Assembly: GCA_013416795.1 (NCBI GenBank)
Contig: RQSC01000032.1
Location: 452,429-516,428 of the forward strand
Direction: 5' to 3'
From: Prasinococcaceae sp. CCMP 1430
Taxonomy: Eukaryota; Plantae; Prasinodermophyta
Length of the DNA stretch: 64,000 bases
Both the position numbers and the translations under genes were made by a program. This document shows positions 12,699-22,652 of the stretch, piece after piece (within the stretch, counting starts at the first letter, position 1; each line of letters begins with the position of its first letter). The notes beneath the pieces are model-generated. The model was not told where the DNA came from and did no database searches. It worked only from the letters and a program-made list of their open reading frames with translations.

Positions 12699-13104
12699 GT
12701 GCGTGGTCGCGGCGGCTCTCCGGCTCCCAGTCTGACCGCATATGTCGATCGCGCGGCCTCATCCCCGCCCCACCACGCCCATCGACGCGACAACCTCGCT
12801 CTCGCCGGCCCGCTCGCCCCCACGCCCGCCAAACCGCGGCAACGCGAAACGCGTCGCAAAATCCGTCAAAATTCGCCCGAGGGAGGGGGGGACGCGCGCG
12901 CGCGCGCGCGCGCGCCAAAAGTTTCTTTCGCGGAAAGCGACGAATTCGGGGCGACGAACCGCTTGCCATCCAAACTTTTCAAACGCGACTCCCGCGATGT
13001 GTATTTCCATTTCATACACACACATATGTGTGCGTTTGGCGTAATGCGGCGAATTTTGTCGGTGCTTTTCCGCGATGTTTTCGCGGACGGGAATTGCGAC
13101 GTTT

Positions 13105-13745
13105 GGTACCCCGCCGAGCGCCGCGCCGGTGAGCCGCGCCCCTTCAGCGGCCGCCGCGTGCGCGTCCGATTCGTGACCGGCGCCGTACGCGGCGTCGCCC
13201 TGCGCGGCGGTCGCACCGGCCGCGTAGCACGCCTGCAGGGCCTCGCGCTCGAACGCCAAGTGCGTCGCGCGGTGCGCCTCGTACGGCATGCCCGCGGCCG
13301 ACGCGCCGCTCACCGACGCCTCCTGCACGATGCAGCGCAGCGTGTACAGCGCAGCGCAGCGCGCGCGCGGCTGCTCGCCGACAGCGCGCGCGCGCAGGGC
13401 CTCGAAGCTGGCGTCGCGCGCCTGGCGGAGCGCGGGCGCGCACCACGCGAGCTTGAGCGCTGCGCCCGCAGCCGCTGCAAGCATGCGACACGGCGCCGAC
13501 GGCCACGCGTGCGCGCCGCCCGGCCCGCCATCGATCACGAGCGAGAGCAGCTCGCTGAGTAGCGCCGCGCGGTCGGGGTCGGCGAGCGCGCGCCACTCGC
13601 GCAGCAGCGCGTCCTTGAGCGCGGCCGCCGCATGGAAGCACGCCGCCTCAGACGCGGGCGGCGTCGCGCCGTACGCGGTCAGCAGCAGCGCACGGCTGCT
13701 GGCCAGGGGCTGCCGTCGCAGCGCGAGCAGCACCTCCGCTTGCGG
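13105..13745 (-). pseudogene. XPO4: exportin-4 N-terminal fragment (~210 aa)
   Basis: AEVLLALRRQP..CFHAAAALKDALLREW..L..LKLAW..AAGMPYEAHRATHLAFEREALQACY matches the recalled XPO4 N-terminal HEAT region. No ATG; homology stops near 13105. Confidence 0.65.
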
Positions 13746-13747
13746 TC

Positions 13748-14413
13748 GTGCCGCTGCAGCCGCTGTCCGCCGCCGCCGCCGCCGCCCGCGAGGTGCTGCG
13801 GGAGCGGCTCGCGCAGGGCGGGCCCAACGCGGTGGGGACCTTCGACACGAGCGCGTGGCTCGAACCTGACGCGCTGGCCGACCGCGTGGGTGCCGTCGAA
13901 GCCCTCGCCAAGCAGCTGCGCATCGACCTCTGGGTGCCGGGCGCGCCGGCTCTTGCCGGGGTGGGCGTGTGCGAAGATGCCGTCGAGCTCGTCGCCAAAC
14001 GCGCCGACGCTCAGTGCAGCAAGCTCGGGTGGAAGGTGACACTCACGCTGGCGCGCGAGGCATCGTGTCCAATGCTTCATCTCGACCGCGTCCGACAGCG
14101 AGCCATTTGCACACTGTTGGGCAACGGAACCGAGTGGCTGACAGACCAGGACAGCCCGAAGGCCGTGGCAACCAAGGCCGCCGATCTCGCTGCAGACTGG
14201 TCGACTTCGAAAAGGCTCAAGGCCGAGCTCGAACGCGGCGAGTGGGCAGCCGCGGCAGAGAGGGAGTGCGTGCTCGTGCGCGGCAGCAAGTGGGGAGAAG
14301 CGACCGAAGCGTACCTACACCGTTCCCCCTTGATTGGCCCCGGGCAGTTCCGGCTCGTACTCAAGGTCGACGAGGTACGGGAGGACGGTCCTGCCCCGTG
14401 GCAGAGCGCGTGA
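13748..14413 (+). CDS. DUF1826-domain protein (no in-frame ATG before the domain)
   Basis: SCPMLHLDRVRQRAICTLLGNGTEWL..LVRGSKW..LHRSP..RLVLKVD follows the DUF1826 pattern CP.FH.D...R...T..G.GTEWL..HRSP..RL.L.LD. Confidence 0.75.
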   Translation: MPLQPLSAAAAAAREVLRERLAQGGPNAVGTFDTSAWLEPDALADRVGAVEALAKQLRIDLWVPGAPALAGVGVCEDAVELVAKRADAQCSKLGWKVTLTLAREASCPMLHLDRVRQRAICTLLGNGTEWLTDQDSPKAVATKAADLAADWSTSKRLKAELERGEWAAAAERECVLVRGSKWGEATEAYLHRSPLIGPGQFRLVLKVDEVREDGPAPWQSA

Positions 14414-14722
14414 GGAACAGAGTGCCCCCGCCTGCCCCCGCAGCCGTGAGAGGTGCCGAATGCGGTGCCTGCGCGCTGCCCTCAATATGCGAGAGGTTCA
14501 GCGGCTGCCAACCGCTGCGGCGCGCAAAGTACGAATTGTAAACTATTATTTGTAGCCCGGACTGTCGGCCTGCGCGCACGCGCACTCGCACTCGGTGCGG
14601 GATGCAGCGCGGGGGCTCTCGCGCCACGCCCTGTGCGCATGAGACGCTCACCAAGGTGAGGCCGTGGTCGCGCTGCTTGATTGATACAGAAACCATTACA
14701 CATGCGTCCATTGCGAGCGCGC

Positions 14723-17700
14723 CTACGCGGAGATGTGGGCAACGGGGTCGCCGTCCCTGTTGCGAAGCGGGTATGGGAGAGAGACTTTGACCCTGTCCAT
14801 GTCTGCTCCCCTCGCCGGCCTTCGTCGTCTCGCATCCATGACCGCCCGATCGTGCAGCGCCTTCTCGGTGGCCCGCTCCCTCTCGAGGACGGACCGCTCG
14901 TTCTTGAGGATGGCCCGCTCCTCTTCGGCAACGGCCCGCGCTTTCTCAGCGACGGACCGCTCGTTCTCAGCGACGGCCCGCTCGTTCGCGGCGACGGCCC
15001 GCTCGTTCTCGGCGATGGACCGCTCGTTCTCGGCGGCGGCCCGCTCCTTCTCGGCGGTGGCCCACTCCTTCTCGGTGGCCCGCTCCTTTTCGGCGACGGC
15101 CTGCTCCTTCTCAGCGAGGGCCTGCTCCTTCTCGGCGGCGGCCCGCTCCTTCTCGGCGGCGGCCCGCTCCTTCTTGGCGGCGGCCCGCTCCTTCTTGGCG
15201 GCCTGCTTCTTAATTATCTTCTCGGCGGCGCGCACAGCCTCGCTCTCGCGCACGGCATTGTTAGCACGCGCGCGTTCATGTTGCAGCTCGGCCTTCAGCT
15301 CATTGAGAAGCTCGTTTTCGTTGTACTCAGCCCACGAGCGCGCGGCCTCCAGCTCTGCCCTAAGCTCCGGCACGAGGTGGCTTTCGTCGCGGGCACGCTG
15401 GGCCTCCAGCTCGGCCCTCAGTTGCTCCACCACGTGGTCTTGGCTTTTGGCCGCGTTGCGCTGGCGCTCGGCTTCCAGCTCAGCCTCCAATGCCTGCAAG
15501 TCATTCTGGAGTTCCTTGACGGTGTCCATGTCCTGCTCGTGGACTTTCCTCGCATTGAGCTCACGCGCCTTAGCCTTGCGTTCGGCCGAGCGCGCCAACG
15601 CCAGAAGCGAATGCAGCGACTGGTCCACGTCCTCGCGCTCCTCATCTGAGGAGTAGGAATCGGAATGAACCTTGTCAGCCAGTGCCGTAGCAGCCGCTAG
15701 CTTCGCCTTGAGCTCGCGGTTGGCGTCAGACGCGCGCGCCCCCATCCGCACAAGCTTCTCCTGCGTCTGCCGAGCCAATTCCTGGCTCCTCTCGGCCTCC
15801 TTCTGTGCCTCGACGACCTGCTCAAAGAGCATGCGCATGCCCTCGCGCGTGCCATCAGACTCGGCGGAAAGATCGCCTCGCCTCGCCTCGGGCTCGTCGT
15901 TCGTGTCGGCCGCGCGTGCGCCTGCCCGCGACAGCCTCGCCTTCATCTCCTCGGCAAGCCTCTGGCTTCGCGCACGCTCAGCCTGCGCCCGCGCCGCCTC
16001 AGCAGCACGCGCGCGCATCGAGTTGCGCGCAGACTCGAGCTCGGAAGTCAACATCGTCTTCGCCTTGTCGGCGTCAGCGCGGATCGCGTCGCCGCGCTCT
16101 TTTGCCTGAGCGAGCTTCGTCGAGAGATCGTGGTTTGCCTCAGCCGAACGGAACGCCACGCGCGCGAGCCTCAGCTGCATCTCCTCGGCGATCTCTGCGT
16201 TGGTCTCGGCTTCAGCCTCCGCCTCCTTCGCCTGTACCGTCCACGCGTGCGCGTCGACTCGACAGGACTCGAGCTCGCTGGCCAGCTGCTGTTTCACCTC
16301 CTTTGCCTCGGCGAGGATCTGTGCCTTCTGCTCTTGAGCCTCTCTCAGCTTCTCCCTGAGGACACCGTTGTCGTCGGCCGCACGCGCGCCAACCCGGGAG
16401 AGTCTCGACTGCATCGTCTCAGCCAGGTTCTGGCAACTCTCGACGTCAGCCTGCGCCTGGACCACCTGCCCCGTAAGCTTGCTCATGCCCTGGCGAGCAG
16501 ACGCAAGCTCAGCTGCCATCCTTGACTGGGTGTGAGATGCCTGAGCGCGGGTGATCTCATGCTGCTCCCTTTCCTCGGCAAGCTTTGACGTCAGCTCTCG
16601 GTTGGACTCGGCCGCGCGCGCCGAGACGCTCGCGAGCCGAGATTTCATCTCCTCAGCCAGCCTCGTCGCGGCTTCCGCCTCGGCCTGCGCCTGCGCCGCC
16701 TCCGCCGTGCGCGTGCGCGCTTCATTGCGAGCGGCCTCGAGCTCCGCAGTCACGCTCGATTGGGCCTCCACGGCGTGCGCGAGGTCCGCGTGACCGCGCT
16801 CCCTGGCAGTCTCGAGCTGCGACGTCAGCTGGCGGCTGGACTCGGCCGCACGCCCCGACACGCGCGAAAGGCGAGACTTCATCTCCTCGGCCAGCCCCTT
16901 GGCGGCCTCGGCCTCGGCCTGGGCCTGCGTCGCCTGCGCCGTGCGCATGCGGACTTCGTTGCGCGCGGCCTCCAGCTCGGCGGCCATGCTCGACTTGGCC
17001 TCCGCGGCGTGCGTGAGGTCAACGTTGCCGCGCTCCCTGGCCGTCGCGAGCTCCGACGCGAGCTGGCGGTTGGACTCGGCCACGTGCAAGAGCCGCGACT
17101 TCCACTCCTCGGCCAGCTTCGTCGCGGCCTCCGCCTCCGCCTGCGCCTGCGCCGCCTCCGCCGTGCGCGCGCGCACGTCGTCGCGAGCGGCCTCGAGCTC
17201 CGCGGCCATGCTCGACTGGGCCTCGACGGCATTTGTGAGGTCCACGTGGCCGTTCTCCCTGGCCGTCGCGAGCTGCGATGTCAGCTGGCGGTTGGACTCG
17301 GCCGCGCGCGCCGACACGCGCGAAAGCCGGGACTTCATCTCCTCGGCCAGCTGCGTCGCCGCCGCCGCCTCGGCCTGCGCCTGCGCCGCCTCCGCCGTGC
17401 GCGTGCGCACGTCGTTGCGAGCGGCCTCGAGCTCCGCAGCCATGCTCGACTTGGCCTCCTCGGCCTCCGCACGCGCCTGTGCGCCCTCCTCCCTGGCTGT
17501 CGCCAGCTGCGAAGTCAGCTCTCGGTTGGACTCGGCCGCGCGCGCCGAGACGCTCGCGAGCCGAGATTTCATCTCCTCAGCCAGCCTCGTCGCGGCTTCC
17601 GCCTCGGCCTGCGCCTGCGCCGCCTCCGCCGTGCGCGTGCGCGCTTCATTGCGAGCGGCCTCGAGCTCCGCAGTCACGCTCGATTGGGCCTCCACGGCGT

Positions 17701-20700
17701 GCGCGAGGTCCGCGTGACCGCGCTCCCTGGCAGTCTCGAGCTGCGACGTCAGCTGGCGGCTGGACTCGGCCGCACGCCCCGACACGCGCGAAAGGCGAGA
17801 CTTCATCTCCTCGGCCAGCCCCTTGGCGGCCTCGGCCTCGGCCTGGGCCTGCGTCGCCTGCGCCGTGCGCATGCGGACTTCGTTGCGCGCGGCCTCCAGC
17901 TCGGCGGCCATGCTCGACTTGGCCTCCGCGGCGTGCGTGAGGTCAACGTTGCCGCGCTCCCTGGCCGTCGCGAGCTCCGACGCGAGCTGGCGGTTGGACT
18001 CGGCCACGTGCAAGAGCCGCGACTTCCACTCCTCGGCCAGCTTCGTCGCGGCCTCCGCCTCCGCCTGCGCCTGCGCCGCCTCCGCCGTGCGCGCGCGCAC
18101 GTCGTCGCGAGCGGCCTCGAGCTCCGCGGCCATGCTCGACTGGGCCTCGACGGCATTTGTGAGGTCCACGTGGCCGTTCTCCCTGGCCGTCGCGAGCTGC
18201 GATGTCAGCTGGCGGTTGGACTCGGCCGCGCGCGCCGACACGCGCGAAAGCCGGGACTTCATCTCCTCGGCCAGCTGCGTCGCCGCCGCCGCCTCGGCCT
18301 GCGCCTGCGCCGCCTCCGCCGTGCGCGTGCGCACGTCGTTGCGAGCGGCCTCGAGCTCCGCAGCCATGCTCGACTTGGCCTCCTCGGCCTCCGCACGCGC
18401 CTGTGCGCCCTGCTCCTGCGCCTCCGCCAGCTTCTGCGAAAAGTCGTGGCTCGCAGCCGCCGCGCGTTCCGCCACGCGCGTCAGCCTCGTCCGCATCTCG
18501 TCGGCGCGCTCCGCGTTCGATTCGGCTTCCGCCTGCGCCTGTGCCGCCTGCGCCGTGCGCGTGCGCACGTCGTTGCGAGCGGATTCAAGCTCGGCAGCCA
18601 TGCTCGACTTGGCCTCCTCGGCCTCGGCACGAGCCTGCTCGCCGCGCTCCTTGGCCGTCGCCAGCTGCGACGTGAGCTGGCGGTTGGACTCGGCCGCGCG
18701 CGCCGACACGCGCGCGAGTCTGGCCTTCATCTCATCAGCAAGCCGCGTGGCGTCCTCCGCCTCGGCCTGCGCCTTGGCTGCTTGCGCCGTGCGCGTGTGG
18801 ACTTCGTTGCGTGCGGCCTCGAGCTCGGCAGCCATGCTCGACTTGGCTGCTTCGGCGTGGGCGAGGTCCGTGTGGCCGTGCTCCCTGGCCGTGGCGAGCT
18901 GCGACGTGAGCTGGCGGTTTGATTCGGCAGCGCGAGCCGACACGCGCGCGAGTCTGGCCTTCATCTCATCGGCAAGCTTTGTGGCAGTCTCTGCCTCGGC
19001 CTGCGCCTGCACCGCCTGTGCCGTGCGCGTGCGCACATCGTTGCGGGCGGCCTCGAGCTCCGCAGCCATGCTCGACTGGACCTCCTCAGCGTGCGCAAGA
19101 TCCATGTCGCCGTGTTCCCTCGCCATCGCAAGCTGTGACGTGAGCTGGCGGTTCGATTCCGCCGCACGTGCCGACACGCGCAGGAGCCGAGATTTCATCT
19201 CATCGGCAAGCTTTGTGGCTGCCTCCGCCTCTGCCTGCGCGTGCACGGCCTGGGCCGTGCGCGTGCGAACGTCGTTGCGAGCGGATTCAAGCTCGGCAGC
19301 CATGCTCGACTTCGCCTCCACGGCCTTCGCGAGGTCCGTCACTGGCGCGAGGGACCGTCAGAGCTCGACGCTGCAGTCGACCGCCGACCTGAGCGCCGCA
19401 CGCCCCGACACGCGCGAAAGGCGAGACTTCATCTCCTCGGCCAGCCCCTTGGCGGCCTCGGCCTCGGCCTGGGCCTGCGTCGCCTGCGCCGTGCGCATGC
19501 GGACTTCGTTGCGCGCGGCCTCCAGCTCGGCGGCCATGCTCGACTTGGCCTCCGCGGCGTGCGTGAGGTCAACGTTGCCGCGCTCCCTGGCCGTCGCGAG
19601 CTCCGACGCGAGCTGGCGGTTGGACTCGGCCACGTGCAAGAGCCGCGACTTCCACTCCTCGGCCAGCTTCGTCGCGGCCTCCGCCTCCGCCTGCGCCTGC
19701 GCCGCCTCCGCCGTGCGCGCGCGCACGTCGTCGCGAGCGGCCTCGAGCTCCGCGGCCATGCTCGACTGGGCCTCGACGGCATTTGTGAGGTCCACGTGGC
19801 CGTTCTCCCTGGCCGTCGCGAGCTGCGATGTCAGCTGGCGGTTGGACTCGGCCGCGCGCGCCGACACGCGCGAAAGCCGGGACTTCATCTCCTCGGCCAG
19901 CTGCGTCGCCGCCGCCGCCTCGGCCTGCGCCTGCGCCGCCTCCGCCGTGCGCGTGCGCAGCAGCAACGCTCGCCGGAGCTCGAGGCGTCGGTACGAGCTG
20001 AACCGGAGGAGCCGCTCCGCACGCGCCTGTGCGCCCTCCTCCCTGGCTGTCGCCAGCTGCGAAGTCAGCTCTCGGTTGGACTCGGCCGCGCGCGCCGAGA
20101 CGCTCGCGAGCCGAGATTTCATCTCCTCAGCCAGCCTCGTCGCGGCTTCCGCCTCCGCCTCGGCCTGCGCCTGCGCCGCCTCCGCCGTGCGCGTGCGCAC
20201 GTCGTTGCGAGCGGCCTCGAGCTCCGCAGCCATGCTCGACTTGGCCTCCTCGGCACTTGTGAGGACCCTGTCGCCGTTCTCCCTGGCCGTCGCGAGCTGC
20301 GACGTCAGCTGGCGGTTGGACTCGGCCGCGCGCGCCGATACGCGCGCGAGCCGCGATTTCATGTCAGCAGCAAGCTCGGCGTTGCCGGCAGCCTCGGCCT
20401 GTGCCTGGACCGCCTGTGCCGTGCGCGAGCGCAAGTCGTTGCGCACGGACTCGAGCTCGGCAGCCATGCTCGACTGTGCCTCCTCGGCCTCAGTGCGCAT
20501 CTTTTCGCGCTCCTCCGTCGCTGCAGCAAGCTTCGATGTGAGGTTGCGGCTTGTCTCTGCCGCCCGCGCTGACACCCGCGTGAGCCTCGCCTTCATCTCC
20601 TCAGCCAGCGCCGCGTTGCTAGTCGCCTCGGCTTGCGCCTGCACCGCGAGCGACGAGTGCAAGCGCGCGTCGTTGCGCGCAGACTCGAGCTCGGCGCTCA

Positions 20701-22540
20701 TTCTCAGCTTCGACTCCTCCGCTTCCACGCGAATTCTGTCGCCCTCTGCCTTGGCCTCGGCGAGCTTCGACTCGAGGTTGCGACTCGTCTCGCTCGCTTG
20801 CGCCGCCACGCGCGTGAGCCTCGATTGCATCTCGTCCACAACCTGCTGGCTGTATTCGGCCTGCGCTTGCGCCTTCACAACCTCGCCCGAGAGCCGTTCC
20901 ATGCCTTGGCGCGCAGACTCGAGTTCGGCGGCCATGGCCGTCGAGCCGTGAGCAAGCCGGTCGCCGTGCGCACTTGCCTCCGCCAGCTCCGACTTGAGAC
21001 CGCTGATGTTGGTGCGAGCTTCTTCCGCGACCGTGCCCATGCGCGCCTCTGCCTGCTCGAGCCTCGCCCGCAAGTCGTCTGCGACTCTCTGGCTGTTGGA
21101 GGCCTCGTGCTGTGCCTGGGCCGCTTGCCCCGTGAGTTCGTGCATGGCCTGGCGCGCAGACTCGAGCTCGGCGGCCAGCCTCGCCTGTGCCTCTTCCGCC
21201 TCGGCACGGATCTCGTCGCCGCGCTCCCTCGCCTGCGCCAGCTGCGACGTGAGGTCGCCGCGCGCCTCGACCGCGCGCGCTCCCTCCTGCTCGAGTCGGT
21301 GCTCGAGCTGCTCAATGCGTCGCAGGCCGTGGTCGACCTCGGCCTGCGCCCGGGCAGCCTGATCCGTGAGCGTGCGCATGCTCTGGCGCGCAGACTCGCC
21401 CTCGCGGCGCGCCGCATCAAGATCGGTGGCCATCCTCGACTGCGCCTGCTCGGCGTCGGCGCGAATCTCGTCAAGCTCCCGCCGCACGCGGTCCCGCTCC
21501 GACTCCGCCGCCGCCGCTCGCCCCTCGGCCTGAGCGAGCGCGTCCTGCACGGCGTCGCGCTCGCGCTCCGCTGCGGCCGCTCGCTCTTTGGCGTGAGCCA
21601 GCGCATCCTGCACGACGTCGCGCTCGCGCTCCGTCGCCGCCGCTTGCCGCTCAGCCGCGGCGAGCGAGGCCTGCACTGAGTCCCGCTCGCCTTCCATCGC
21701 CGCCGCGTGCCGCTCAGCCTCCGCGAGCGATGCCTGCAGGCCGCCCACCGTCTCCTGGAGTTCTCGCCGCTCGACCTCCGCGCGCTGCAGGCGCGCCTGC
21801 TCCCCCTCGAGCTCGGCCTGCAAGGCGCCGTTTCGGAGGGCCTCGCGTTCGCTGACTTCGGTCGCACGTGCCCCTGCCTCCTCGAGCCTCGACCGCAGCT
21901 CCTCGACGACCTTGCGGCTGTTGTCAGCATCGGTCTGCGCCTTGAGAGCCTGCGCGTGCGCGGCGCTCGCCTCGGCCGCCCGCGCGCTCGCGTGCTCGAG
22001 CCTGATCTGCAGCTCCTGGACCACCCTCTGGCTGTTCTCCGCCTCCGCCTCCGCCTGCGTCGCCTTCGCCTGGAGCTTCGTCAAGTCGTTGCGCACAGCC
22101 GCACCCTCGCTGCGCGCGGCGCTCAGCTTGTCGGCCATCCTCGAGTTCGCGTCGCGAGTCTCGTAGAGCTCGCGCTGGATCTTGGAGAACGTCAACACGC
22201 TCAGGTTCGTCCACACCATGTTCACCCAGTAGCGAAACGCTCTCTTTCGGGTGGCGTCGAACCTGGACGCGAAGGGGTACATCACGAGCATCAGCGCGAA
22301 CAGCGGCGCGGACATCAAGAGCGTCCACACGTAGAAACAGATGCCGCGCCACAAGTTCACCATCCTGTCCCACGCCGCGCGGACTCCGGCGAACGGCCCG
22401 TCGCCTTGGTCCGTCGCCCCCGCGCGTTCGCCCCGCGGCTCGCCCGCAGCCGCCGGCGCCTCCTCCGTCACCGGCGGCACCTCGTACGGCGCCTGCCGCT
22501 CCTCGTCCGCCGTCCGCCTCGCCTCTCTCATGACCTCCAT
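14723..22540 (-). CDS. giant coiled-coil repeat protein A (~2,600 aa once repaired): LPAAT1-like membrane hairpin, ~23 x 78-aa repeats, AEKERAA heptad tail
   Basis: ORFs 19358-22921 and 14723-19342 are in the same frame. The only stop lies inside a complemented 55-nt block (19340-19394). ATG 22540 is the first visible start; the true start may lie in or beyond the N gap at 22619-22652. Confidence 0.8.
14865..15205 (-). repeat. 21-nt tandem repeat encoding AEKERAA-type heptads
   Basis: Repeated ggcggcccgctccttctc units; protein AAKKERAAAEKERAAAEKEQALAEKEQAV... Confidence 0.9.
16585..18410 (-). repeat. near-identical 924-bp tandem duplication (four repeat units); a third partial copy at 19395-19959
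   Basis: Identical shadow ORFs at 16879/17803 (offset 924) and 19429 (offset 1626 from 17803). 924 nt = 308 aa = 4 x 78 minus a 4-aa deletion. Block ends are approximate. Confidence 0.85.
19340..19394. other. 55-nt block complemented but not reversed (assembly artefact)
   Basis: The minus strand reads g ctc agg tcg gcg gtc gac tgc agc gtc gag ctc tga cgg tcc ctc gcg cca gtg. This is the base-by-base complement of the regular repeat c gag tcc agc cgc cag ctg acg tcg cag ctc gag act gcc agg gag cgc ggt cac. Confidence 0.95.
19960..20014. other. second 55-nt block complemented but not reversed (assembly artefact)
   Basis: The minus strand reads cggctcctccggttcagctcgtaccgacgcctcgagctccggcgagcgttgctgc. 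This is the complement of the regular gccgaggaggccaagtcgagcatggctgcggagctcgaggccgctcgcaacgacg. Confidence 0.95.
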
Positions 22541-22618
22541 CGGGGTTGCCAGCGCGGCCGCGCCCACCCCCCGCTGCGGCGACACGCCGCGTGAGCTCGG
22601 GCCGCGGGCGGGCAGGCT

Positions 22619-22652
22619 NNNNNNNNNNNNNNNNNNNNNNNNNNNNNNNNNN
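22619..22652. other. assembly gap (34 N)
   Basis: N run. Confidence 0.99.

Noticed and set aside
19342-19401. 60-nt GTGCGG..CTGAC..CCAG intron that would remove the stop in giant protein A
   Set aside because: The CTGAC and AG fall in the complemented 55-nt block. Un-complementing restores the exact repeat, which explains the data better. Stop-codon readthrough or selenocysteine is rejected for the same reason.
17823-20951. 1042-aa + strand ORF and similar Ala/Ser-rich ORFs (14681-15649, 31492-32817, 33559-34689)
   Set aside because: Antisense shadows of the GC-rich coiled-coil repeats; no independent protein features.
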